DNA of 64,000 nt from Bacteroidota bacterium (GCA_016124755.1 WGNA01000005.1:178684-242683), one strand, 5' to 3'. Positions 49,382-58,527 are shown, counted from the first letter of the stretch. The notes: generated by a model not told the origin, from the letters alone. Numbers and translations are program-made.

Positions 49382-50864
49382 AAAAATACTATCCCTGATT
49401 GCATTTTCATTGCTTTCGGGATTTTCAATTATGGCGCAGGATTGTTCCTGGGTTTACTTTAATAAAAACGTTACCGATTCGGTGAAATCCGAAATTCTTT
49501 CCTCGGCAAACGTGGAAGTTATAGGCTATTCCAAATGGCTAAACGCAGCCTGTGTTAATGGATGTCCGAAAAATCTGGAAATCCTGAGTGATGTTGAATC
49601 GGTAAAACCGCTGGGCAAATACAAAATCAGTCGTGAATCTGTGCAGGAGACACAGGAAGATTTTAACTACGGCTATAGCGACTGGCAACTAAAAATGATT
49701 GGTTTGGATGAATATCACAAGCGCGGATTTACCGGGAAAGGCGTAACCATTGGTTTATTTGATGCGGGATTTTTCAGAGTGGATAGTCTTCCAGCCTTTG
49801 ATACATTGCGCAAACGCGGACAAATTCTGGCCGAATGGGATTTTCATTACAACGATACCAATGTTTATGTCCAGGATGGCCATGGCATGTACGTTCTCTC
49901 GATTTGCGGTGGTTATTGGCCGGATTCGATAATGGGTGCCGCACCGGATGCGAACTTTCTGCTTGCCCGAACCGAAATGGCCGGTCGGGAAATTCATTAC
50001 GAAGAATACGCGTGGTTAAAGGCCCTTGAGTGGGCCGACAGTATTGGCGTGGATATAATTCACTCTTCTTTAGGCTATAGTGTTTTTGACACGCTTGAAG
50101 GTGATTATTCTTATATGGACATGGATGGTGAAACTACGGTAATAACAAAAGGAACCGACGAAGCCTGGAACCGTGGAATCTTTGTTACCAATAGCGCTGG
50201 AAATGAGGGATCCAATTCGTGGCATTACATTACTGCCCCCTGCGATGGGAAACACGTTTTGTGCGTTGGTGCTGTGGATTCAAATCAGATGCATGCCGGT
50301 TTTTCATCATACGGTCCTACCTACGACGGAAGAATAAAACCGGAAGTTGTGGCAATGGGACAGGGAGTCACGTATGTTAATAAAGAAGGTCAGATAAAAA
50401 CCGGTTCGGGTACATCCTTCTCCGGACCAATAATCGCGGGAATGGTTGCGTGTCTCAAACAAGCCTGGCCGGAAGCAACCAACCAACAGATCTTTAATGC
50501 CATTATCCGAAGTGCAGACCGGTACGAAAATCCGGATACGGCCTATGGTTACGGTTTACCTAATGTGCTGGTTGCCGATTCACTCCTGAAAGAATATTCC
50601 GTTGCTATCCGGGATTTTAAGTTTAATCATGGAATAAAATTATTTCCGAATCCAGGGAATGGTCAGATACGTTTTACAGGTATTAATGAAGGATTTCGCT
50701 ATACAGTTTTTGATGTGAAAGGAAGAGTTGTGCAGGAAAATTCCCGGATTGCCAATGACGAAAATGAAATTGATTTCTCGGAATTGGGTACCGGAATGTA
50801 CTATGTAGAATTAGTTACAGACACCGGAATTACAGCCAGAATGCGCTACCTGAAGACGGAATAA
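49374..50864 (+). CDS. S8 (subtilisin) serine peptidase with T9SS sorting domain
   Basis: FDAG (Asp), HG (His), SAGNEG (oxyanion Asn), SGTSFS (Ser); FPNPG C-terminal domain. Confidence 0.9.
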   Translation: MIRKILSLIAFSLLSGFSIMAQDCSWVYFNKNVTDSVKSEILSSANVEVIGYSKWLNAACVNGCPKNLEILSDVESVKPLGKYKISRESVQETQEDFNYGYSDWQLKMIGLDEYHKRGFTGKGVTIGLFDAGFFRVDSLPAFDTLRKRGQILAEWDFHYNDTNVYVQDGHGMYVLSICGGYWPDSIMGAAPDANFLLARTEMAGREIHYEEYAWLKALEWADSIGVDIIHSSLGYSVFDTLEGDYSYMDMDGETTVITKGTDEAWNRGIFVTNSAGNEGSNSWHYITAPCDGKHVLCVGAVDSNQMHAGFSSYGPTYDGRIKPEVVAMGQGVTYVNKEGQIKTGSGTSFSGPIIAGMVACLKQAWPEATNQQIFNAIIRSADRYENPDTAYGYGLPNVLVADSLLKEYSVAIRDFKFNHGIKLFPNPGNGQIRFTGINEGFRYTVFDVKGRVVQENSRIANDENEIDFSELGTGMYYVELVTDTGITARMRYLKTE

Positions 50865-50927
50865 TTGACTGGTTTTAAGGCCCTGATATTTTTTTTATTT
50901 TGGTGTTGTGGCGTATATCAGAATATC

Positions 50928-50935
50928 TATCTTTG
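50928..50935 (+). promoter_or_regulatory. Bacteroidota -7 promoter element (TATCTTTG) for tRNA-Gly
   Basis: TAnnTTTG, with TTG about 19 bp upstream. Confidence 0.65.
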
Positions 50936-50983
50936 CCCACCTCAAAAGCACCTGTGAAAAGGTTGTGGTTGAGAGTCCATAAT

Positions 50984-51056
<73 letters not shown>

Positions 51057-51060
51057 CAGA

Positions 51061-51086
51061 AAGAGAGGGACAATGTCCCTTTTTTT
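51061..51086 (+). terminator. Intrinsic terminator after tRNA-Gly
   Basis: AGGGAC-AAT-GTCCCT followed by a T-run. Confidence 0.6.
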
Positions 51087-51135
51087 ATGTGAGGAATTTC
51101 AGAGTTTGTTTACAGGCTTTGTAATTTTGAGCAAC

Positions 51136-51220
51136 GCCCTGGTGGTGGAATCGGTAGACACGCAGGACTTAAAATCCTGTGACCATTGCGGTCGTGCGGG
51201 TTCAAGTCCCGCCCGGGGTA
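51136..51220 (+). tRNA. tRNA-Leu (TAA)
   Basis: GCCCTGGTGGTGGAATCGGTAGACACGCAGGACTTAAAATCCTGT...GGTTCAAGTCCCGCCCGGGGTA with long variable arm. Confidence 0.96.
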
Positions 51221-51329
51221 CTTTAACCAAACTTAACCTTCTTTAATTTAACTTTTCCGATTTCTAAGATTCATCTCAGGCTATTCATCGGTAATTCGTT
51301 TATTTTACGATCCATCATTACTCAGTGTT

Positions 51330-53147
51330 ATGGACAAACTGGATCACAACGAACAACCCAACAGCAATCATCACCTGTTGGATTCGCTTACCCACTTAAA
51401 CTTTAGAGGCCTTACTTCGAAAAAAGAATCAACCGACGACTTGCCTATGCAGGTTTCTTTAGTGATTCATTCAAAGTGTAAAGACGAAGATATTCCGGAT
51501 GAAACGGATTTTTATACCGATCCTTTCAATTACAAACACGGCAAGCGAGAGCATCTAAATAAGCAATATCAGTCGGATCAGGCAGCCGTTGATAAAGTTA
51601 TTAAATATGTTCAATCCAAAGGTTTTTCAGTAATCGAATCCAGCCCGGAAGAACAATTAATTGTGATTGAAGGAAAAAGATCTTTAATGAATAAATTCTT
51701 TAAGGTCGAAGTTCAACACTTTCATTTCGGCTCACAAAAAATTACCGGACATCAGGGTAATTATTCTATCCCTTCCGCCATCAACAATGAAGTAAGGAGT
51801 GTGATCGGATTGTCTAAAATGCCCATTACCCGAAATACAGCGGCCAACTCTGGTTCATCAGGAGCGGATCAGTCTGTTCCCAAACCGACAGTAATCAATG
51901 GGATAAACGGATACACCGGAGCCGACTTCGCCAAATTCTACAACTTTCCAACGGAGTACAACGGAGCCGGCGAATGTATCGGGATAATTGCATTGGGCGG
52001 CGGATATCGTAAAGATGAGATGACTCAATACTTTAAAGACAATAACATCTCGCCTATGCCGGAAATAATTGATGTGGAAGTGGGAGCTAAAAATTCACCG
52101 GGTGAACAAGGCGGAGAAGATTTTTTAGATGTAGAGGTTTGTTTAGATATTCAGGTTGCCGCAGCGGCAGCACCCGGTGCCAAAATCGCAGTTTATTTTG
52201 CAGAACCCACCGATTATGGTTTGTTACGCGCCATCATTCGTTCTGTTCACGACGGAAAAAACAAACCATCCGTTGTTTCGGTAAGCCTCGGGAATTACGA
52301 AAGTCATTATTCCCAAAATATGCTGATCGAATACAACCGGGCATTTCGTTGTGCGGCTCATTACGGAATGACGATACTTTGTTCGGCGGGAAATTTTGGG
52401 GCTACGAACTACAATATGAATTCAACTCTAAAGGAACTTTCTCAATTGGGTCTGAATGTTCAATACCCCGCTTCCAGTCCGTATGTTTTATGTGTTGGCG
52501 GTACATCTGTAACTATCGATAGCGGAAAAATAACCAAAGAAAAAATCTGGAATTCTCCATACGAGTTCGACAATCCCTATACGAATGAGATCGAAAAAAT
52601 TCCCTTCGGCACCATGTCAACCGGCGGAGGTTTCAGCACATTATTTAAGATCTCCCAACAGATGATGAAACTGATTCGTGAGAGCAATGATTCACTTTGG
52701 CCCGAGTACCGGGGCATTCCGGATGTTTCAGCGAATGCCGATCCGAGCCAGAATGGATATCTTGTTTATTGCGACGGCGCTAAATTTATCACCGGCGGAA
52801 CAAGTGCAGCAACTCCCCTCTGGGCAGCATTAACGGCCAGAATATTTCAGGCTTTGGAACGAAGATTCTTCATGACTCCGATTTTATATCTGCTTCGAAA
52901 AATTTCAATCAACCATCCAGAATTTCAATTTAAAGGACTCAACCCGATTTCTGAAGGTGATAATATCGTTTCCAATGAAATGGTGCTCATGGGATATCGC
53001 GCGAAACAAAACGACTGGAGTCCGTGTGGCGGATTGGGTTCGCCCAACGGTTCAGAACTTTTAGACGAACTGCGAAAACTCCCGGATCTCATTGCCAACT
53101 TCGGTCAAAAACTAAAAGCAGCCGAAACCGAAGACGATGCCGATTGA
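51330..53147 (+). CDS. S53 (sedolisin/kumamolisin) family serine peptidase with pro-domain, no signal peptide
   Basis: YNFP..G.GECIGIIALGGG; EVCLDIQ (Glu/Asp); YPASSPYVL.VGGT; RGIPDVSANADP; GGTSAATPLWA (Ser); GLGSP. Confidence 0.9.
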   Translation: MDKLDHNEQPNSNHHLLDSLTHLNFRGLTSKKESTDDLPMQVSLVIHSKCKDEDIPDETDFYTDPFNYKHGKREHLNKQYQSDQAAVDKVIKYVQSKGFSVIESSPEEQLIVIEGKRSLMNKFFKVEVQHFHFGSQKITGHQGNYSIPSAINNEVRSVIGLSKMPITRNTAANSGSSGADQSVPKPTVINGINGYTGADFAKFYNFPTEYNGAGECIGIIALGGGYRKDEMTQYFKDNNISPMPEIIDVEVGAKNSPGEQGGEDFLDVEVCLDIQVAAAAAPGAKIAVYFAEPTDYGLLRAIIRSVHDGKNKPSVVSVSLGNYESHYSQNMLIEYNRAFRCAAHYGMTILCSAGNFGATNYNMNSTLKELSQLGLNVQYPASSPYVLCVGGTSVTIDSGKITKEKIWNSPYEFDNPYTNEIEKIPFGTMSTGGGFSTLFKISQQMMKLIRESNDSLWPEYRGIPDVSANADPSQNGYLVYCDGAKFITGGTSAATPLWAALTARIFQALERRFFMTPILYLLRKISINHPEFQFKGLNPISEGDNIVSNEMVLMGYRAKQNDWSPCGGLGSPNGSELLDELRKLPDLIANFGQKLKAAETEDDAD

Positions 53148-54094
53148 AACCTTTCGCAGGTGTATATAATGAAGATTCCCGATTGTTTGATGCCGCAAAC
53201 AAACCGGCATTAAACCAATTTATCGACTCGGTTCCGCAGGTCGGTCTTTCCTGCATTGAGTTGCGACTTTCTGAAGAAGACTGGCAAATCGACTATCAGA
53301 TTTGTCCTTTTTTAAACCTTCCGGAATTTGTTCTCGTATTGAATTATCTAACCGAAAAATCACGACAATCAGAACATAAAACTTCGTGGCGCGATTTGCG
53401 GGATTACTGCAACCGGTTATACGAACATCATGGTTTCCGGTCTGGAGCCATCCCGAATATCTGGCTCGTCTACGATAATATTAAAAGAGGCAATGAAGAT
53501 ATCGTTCCCTGGATTTATACCGGTTTACCCGACAATCCGATCACCAATCAGTTGAATTTTGAAATTCTCAAAAGTGCCTCATCTCGTTACCCGATTCCCC
53601 TAACACCTGCCGCTTTAGAATTAACAGAGAAACTCAACCGGCTCATTCCTCCGGACGCGTATATCTGTGCTTTCGGTCACGCTTATAACCGGGGAAGCGA
53701 CCATCTCAGAATTGCCGTTAAGTTTAGTTCACTTACCGAAGCACTATCATTATTGAGGCAGATGGGATGGCCCGGGGAAATTGAAATGTTGGAAGAAACG
53801 CTGCGAAAATTCTTTACGGATTCTGAGCAGATCAGTCTGGCGATGGACCTTGGCGATCAACTTCAACCGGTTATCGGAATTGAAAAATTTGTCGGGAGAT
53901 CGAATTCGGATTGGCCTTTACTATTAACACATCTTCCAACTTACATTTCCGAAAATAAATGGTACAACCTGAAAAAGTATGTCGATTCCAATTTGGATCA
54001 TTTGTGGCTTAACCATATCAAATTTGTTTTCTCCGAGAAAAAATTAGAACAGGTAAAAGGCTATTTATTCTGTGATTCCAACTCTTCAACCTGA
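53144..54094 (+). CDS. Hypothetical protein, putative ABBA-type aromatic/peptide prenyltransferase-like
   Basis: TTG start overlapping the S53 stop; motifs CIELRL..D, NIWLVYD, LRQMGWPG, MDLG..L.PVIGIE, NHIKF, VKGYL. Confidence 0.5.
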   Translation: MKPFAGVYNEDSRLFDAANKPALNQFIDSVPQVGLSCIELRLSEEDWQIDYQICPFLNLPEFVLVLNYLTEKSRQSEHKTSWRDLRDYCNRLYEHHGFRSGAIPNIWLVYDNIKRGNEDIVPWIYTGLPDNPITNQLNFEILKSASSRYPIPLTPAALELTEKLNRLIPPDAYICAFGHAYNRGSDHLRIAVKFSSLTEALSLLRQMGWPGEIEMLEETLRKFFTDSEQISLAMDLGDQLQPVIGIEKFVGRSNSDWPLLLTHLPTYISENKWYNLKKYVDSNLDHLWLNHIKFVFSEKKLEQVKGYLFCDSNSST

Positions 54095-56157
54095 TCAAAC
54101 CACTTCAGAAAAATCCGCTTCTGATTATCGGATAATTCGCGGGTTGAAGGCATATACGAGGATGAAGCCCAATTCTCATCGCTCATCAATTCCTTAATAA
54201 AATGTCTTGCACGGATAAATGCCTTTTCATGGAAAGGAGAAATTTTGCCAGACACAGGATATATGAGGTCATACAATTTAAAGAGTTCCTCATAAACCAA
54301 ATCAAAATTCACCTGTTCACGGTATTCCGGGTTTTGCGGATCCAGATATTTCTCAAATCGCCTATTGGGCAGAATACGAAGACTAATGAAAAAACCAGTT
54401 CGGGTGATGGCTTTGTACATACTCGACAAATCCGGTAGCTCCATTCCGTCTGCAAATAGATAAACCGAATTGGATGTTTTGTGAAGCGGAATAATCAATT
54501 GCTGCCCATCAAAAAACATATTGTCTTTACATAGCTCAACCAACTGAACCGACTCGCCGGTAACATCCACTTTGTGATGCAGAACGGTAAGCGCAACCGG
54601 ATTTATTACGGGATTTCCTCTTTCAAAAATCCGCAACCTACACGCTTCTTTAGGGTATTGATAACTAATGTAACCCAACGCCGGATCGTCTCCTTCATTA
54701 GCATACAAACCGTTTTCATCACTGGTTATCAGGTAGCGGCTTTCTCTCGCGAGAATTGCTTTTATCCCATTTTCATGTTCGGCAGTTCGAGCTATTCCTT
54801 TTAACAGAATTTCCGCTTCACCGATAAAACCATCCGGTAAGTGTTCACATGAAAAATCACGAATTCCTCCGGTTTCCAAAAAGGTTTTTCTGCCCGGATC
54901 CGATTCTGAAAAATTCACACTTCCGATCTGAATTTCCGCATCACCCTTTGCTGCAAATAACCTGAGTTCTCCCAAATCGTAAAGTGCGTATTGTTGCGGG
55001 AAATGGATCGGTTCTTTTCCAGATTGGGGCACATCCAGATTTACTTCCGGAACATTACCGATGAGATCGATCGACAGAATTTTGGTCTCCTTATTAAAGG
55101 AACAAAGAATCGGAAAAAGCTTGCGATACCCCAGAAAGGGAACTTCGCCAAGTAACTGTCTGCCGATAGAGAAAGACTTTAAATCCCCATCAAACCAGGG
55201 AGAAATACTACCGGCAACCGTGCATCTCGCAGGATTCGAAACTTCACCTGTTTGTTCATAATCCGGTTCCCAGTTTTCTACCACTTCCAAAAGAGAATAC
55301 CGGAATAAAAGACCTTTCAGTTTACCTCGTCCGAGTGAAGATTCCGGCAACAACGCACGAAAGTCTGCGGTCATTTCGGTTTCAGAAAGTTCCATCGCCG
55401 AGTACACCACTCCCGAAGCTGCGCAAATACTATTTTGATTCACGATCCGGAAAGGATTCATCGTGCGAACGGTTCCTTTATACGGCTTACCACTGAACCA
55501 ACTTTTTGTTGAAGAACTCAAACTCAGTTCATCACAGAACACCTGAGAATGAACAGACATCGAAGGACACACGTCGATCATTACGCCGGTGCGGGTGTTG
55601 AACCGGTCGTTCATGGAAAGTTCCGCTCCTATCAACGACCGGCAGATCCAGTTATCCGAATGAATATCATGATTAACTTTCCCCGATTCTTTACTGAAAG
55701 TGTCAACGCTTGTAACCCGAACGTTTTCGAAACCGAAAGTCATTTTGCCATGGTAGTTCCAATACCCCGGACATTTGTCGATCAAATTTTTACCGGTGCC
55801 GGGAACCCGTATTAAAGCATAGAGTTTATGAAATGGTTGGTCAACAGAATGTTTCCCCAGCGGGGTCTGGCACCATTGATTGAAAATCTCTACGGAACAA
55901 ACCGAATTAATTTCGATATAAGCATTACCCGCCGGATCGTTGAGAACAGCAAATGGTTTAATAGCTTTTTCAAAATCTTCTGTTGTAGTAGTCTTCGCTC
56001 TGAACTTTGGGTGAATGAAAAGTCGGGGAGGCAAAAAAGCCATACTATTCACCGGATCATAAATGACCAGTGGAAGGAAATAATTGTTGTTGGCAGTTGC
56101 CGGATCTATAAAAGCGTGACCGTAAAAATTGATTCTTGGAAAATCGAATTGACTCAT
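54061..56157 (-). CDS. VioB/RebD/StaD-like heme protein, N-terminal part only (no ferritin-like C-terminal domain)
   Basis: N-terminus MSQFDFPRINFYG...PATANN resembles VioB MSILDFPRIHFRG...PTAN; GYWNY.G; C-terminal YDLIYP...YMPSTRELS...FLKW. Confidence 0.72.
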   Translation of the reverse strand: MSQFDFPRINFYGHAFIDPATANNNYFLPLVIYDPVNSMAFLPPRLFIHPKFRAKTTTTEDFEKAIKPFAVLNDPAGNAYIEINSVCSVEIFNQWCQTPLGKHSVDQPFHKLYALIRVPGTGKNLIDKCPGYWNYHGKMTFGFENVRVTSVDTFSKESGKVNHDIHSDNWICRSLIGAELSMNDRFNTRTGVMIDVCPSMSVHSQVFCDELSLSSSTKSWFSGKPYKGTVRTMNPFRIVNQNSICAASGVVYSAMELSETEMTADFRALLPESSLGRGKLKGLLFRYSLLEVVENWEPDYEQTGEVSNPARCTVAGSISPWFDGDLKSFSIGRQLLGEVPFLGYRKLFPILCSFNKETKILSIDLIGNVPEVNLDVPQSGKEPIHFPQQYALYDLGELRLFAAKGDAEIQIGSVNFSESDPGRKTFLETGGIRDFSCEHLPDGFIGEAEILLKGIARTAEHENGIKAILARESRYLITSDENGLYANEGDDPALGYISYQYPKEACRLRIFERGNPVINPVALTVLHHKVDVTGESVQLVELCKDNMFFDGQQLIIPLHKTSNSVYLFADGMELPDLSSMYKAITRTGFFISLRILPNRRFEKYLDPQNPEYREQVNFDLVYEELFKLYDLIYPVSGKISPFHEKAFIRARHFIKELMSDENWASSSYMPSTRELSDNQKRIFLKWFDQVEELESQNK

Positions 56158-56159
56158 AT

Positions 56160-58157
56160 CTATCCGGTGAATGCATCCACGAAGTGCATTCCGATCTCGC
56201 CTTTATTTTTAACCACAACTCCGCCTCTTGGAGTTCCACTAAAATGATCTTTGATAAGATCCCAGGTAAATTCAGAAACATTTACCCTTCCCGGTTCGCA
56301 GCTTGATTCCATGCGGCTGGCAATGTTCACTGTATCGCCCCAGATGTCGTAGGCAAATTTTCGTTTGCCAACCACACCTGCGATCAGAGGTCCGGTGTGA
56401 ATACCAATTCTGAGTTCCCAGGGCATTTCCCCTTTTTGCTTTTTGTGTTCGTTCCAGCCTTTCACAAATTCCTGAATTTCTAGTCCGGCTTTAACTATTT
56501 CGACCTGACTCTTTTCGTCGGGTTCCGGAATTCCACCGGCGCACATATACGCGTCGCCGATTGTTTTAATTTTTTCAAGGTTATGACGAACGATAATTTC
56601 ATCAAATGCCTGAAAGAATTCATCAAGCTGAATTACCAGTTCGGCCGGAGATAATTTCTCAGCGATTTTCGTAAAGCTCAGGATATCGGTGAATAAAACA
56701 GATGCCTGATCGTAGTAAAGCGGTGTCGCTTTTCCTTTTTGCATCAGTTCTTCTGCGGTCTTTTTGGGAAGAATATTGAGCAGTAATTCTTCCGATTTTT
56801 TCATCTCCTTTTCTATCTCGTCTTTTTGTTCTTCGATCTGATCTTTCTGTTTGTTGATTTCTAATGTTCGTTCCGCCACCTTTTGTTCAAGCTCGCGATT
56901 AACCTTAGTTTGAAGTGCCTCGTTTTCCTTGAGTTGATCAATAATGAGTTGTTGCTTGTCTAAGTTTTCCTTTCGAAGAATATTGATTTTATCAGCAAGA
57001 GCGAGAGAGAAGAACACCATCTGAATTGCAAGTCCGATCGGCATGGAATAATTAAAAGTAAAAGGGGTCTTCGGTATTTTACCCAAAATCGCCAGGGTTG
57101 CGATAAACAATCCGACCAGAAAGAAAGTGTAACCGATTACGAAATAGTTCGCCGAAGGATACTTGGCCCGGGCGCTTTGAATACCAACAATGAGAGAGGT
57201 TATAAAACCAATCATTCCCAGTGATCCGATCAACTGAAGCGTAATATCATACGCGATAAAATTGGTGATGATCAAACAAGCTAAGAGGATATTGAGAATG
57301 TTAAAGAATTTATTCCACCTTGGATATCGCTCTTTAACATTGAGAAATTTTTGAGTGAACCAAATCCCTGAAATCGCAAGTACCGGAGATAAAGTATGTT
57401 TAATATAAACACATAAGATATCCGGAAACCCGGGAATAAACCGGAGAAAAGAAACCAGAAATCCACTGTTGTAAAATGCTGCGTAAATCATAATTAACAG
57501 CATAAAAAGGTAATACACATAAACCCTGTCGCGGGTTGAATAAAACACAAAAAGGTTATAAAAGAACATGATGAGATAAACCGCGATAAATACGCTCGTC
57601 CATTGTAATTCATGCCAGTTTACCGTATCGAGATTCTCCTTAGATGAAACCGTAAAATTGAGATTAGCCGGTTTTTTCTCATTGTTAAAAGTGTATTCAA
57701 GTCGGGCGAGATATTCTTTTGATTCGTTCTCCTGTAGTGTAATCAGAATGAGACTCTTGTTGGCGAACGGATAGTCACGATCGTTGTAATCCATACGGTG
57801 ACCGGTTTCTTTCACCGATGAGGCTCCGTCTTTATTTTGAATTAATTTTACATACGACCAGTTCTCAAAATTCAGAAGATAACGGCAATCAAACGGCTCA
57901 TTATTCGTAAGCGTAAATTTCACCCAGTAAACACTCGGATTCTGAATTAAACCAAAAGTTTCGGGATCGTATTTCTGAAATCCCGATTCGGGCAAATTCT
58001 GATCACTGTATTGCCGCGAACTATCCTGCAGAAATTCAATCCGGCTGATTGGCAAATCATCTGAAGTACGGCTTATTTCATTGGTTTGGGCTTGGTTTCC
58101 TTTGATCTGCATCGCCAAAACAATGGTGAACAACAGGGGAAGGAGAACTCGTTTCAT
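56160..58157 (-). CDS. Membrane sensor adenylate cyclase: 7TMR-DISMED2 + 7TMR-DISM_7TM + coiled coil + class III cyclase
   Basis: Signal peptide from MKRVL; YWVKF; YNLFVF...YVYY; FFSLALADKIN; FTDILSFT, KIKTIGDAYM, YDIWGDTVNIASR (Lys/Asp, adenine-specific). Confidence 0.9.
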   Translation of the reverse strand: MKRVLLPLLFTIVLAMQIKGNQAQTNEISRTSDDLPISRIEFLQDSSRQYSDQNLPESGFQKYDPETFGLIQNPSVYWVKFTLTNNEPFDCRYLLNFENWSYVKLIQNKDGASSVKETGHRMDYNDRDYPFANKSLILITLQENESKEYLARLEYTFNNEKKPANLNFTVSSKENLDTVNWHELQWTSVFIAVYLIMFFYNLFVFYSTRDRVYVYYLFMLLIMIYAAFYNSGFLVSFLRFIPGFPDILCVYIKHTLSPVLAISGIWFTQKFLNVKERYPRWNKFFNILNILLACLIITNFIAYDITLQLIGSLGMIGFITSLIVGIQSARAKYPSANYFVIGYTFFLVGLFIATLAILGKIPKTPFTFNYSMPIGLAIQMVFFSLALADKINILRKENLDKQQLIIDQLKENEALQTKVNRELEQKVAERTLEINKQKDQIEEQKDEIEKEMKKSEELLLNILPKKTAEELMQKGKATPLYYDQASVLFTDILSFTKIAEKLSPAELVIQLDEFFQAFDEIIVRHNLEKIKTIGDAYMCAGGIPEPDEKSQVEIVKAGLEIQEFVKGWNEHKKQKGEMPWELRIGIHTGPLIAGVVGKRKFAYDIWGDTVNIASRMESSCEPGRVNVSEFTWDLIKDHFSGTPRGGVVVKNKGEIGMHFVDAFTG

Positions 58158-58269
58158 TGATGCAAAATAGGTATTCAAATTATATCCTCGCTTAATTATC
58201 GAGACAAAAGTGTGACACAAGACATTATTTATATATATTCCGCCTTCATTTGAAATTAAGCAACAGAAA

Positions 58270-58527
58270 ATGTCCAAGAAATTATCAGAAGTATTGCCAG
58301 CAGAAGATGCGGCGCTTCTAACCGATGCCGCAAGAAATCTCAACGAAGACGACCTCGCTCACATCATGAGCAAAAGAGGCAGTGCACATCACAACCTGAG
58401 CAAAGACGACATTAATTCATTGACAGCACTTGCCGTTAAACGAATCAACAATGGCCAGTCTATGTTTGGTTACGATCACATGAATGTTGCGGTAACCAAC
58501 GACGAAGGGCCTGATCACAACTGGTAA
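58270..58527 (+). CDS. 85-aa small protein, candidate RiPP/pheromone precursor peptide
   Basis: A-rich start context; codon use resembles highly expressed genes (many AAC/GAC); two NLxxDD[LI] motifs; C-terminal W. Confidence 0.65.
   Translation: MSKKLSEVLPAEDAALLTDAARNLNEDDLAHIMSKRGSAHHNLSKDDINSLTALAVKRINNGQSMFGYDHMNVAVTNDEGPDHNW

Noticed and set aside
54061-56157. Violacein/rebeccamycin biosynthetic cluster
   Set aside because: No vioA/C/D/E or rebO/C/P homologs in the window, and the protein lacks the C-terminal domain.
58158-58343. N-terminal extension of the cyclase ORF
   Set aside because: It overlaps the divergent 85-aa gene; the signal peptide begins at MKRVL (58157).
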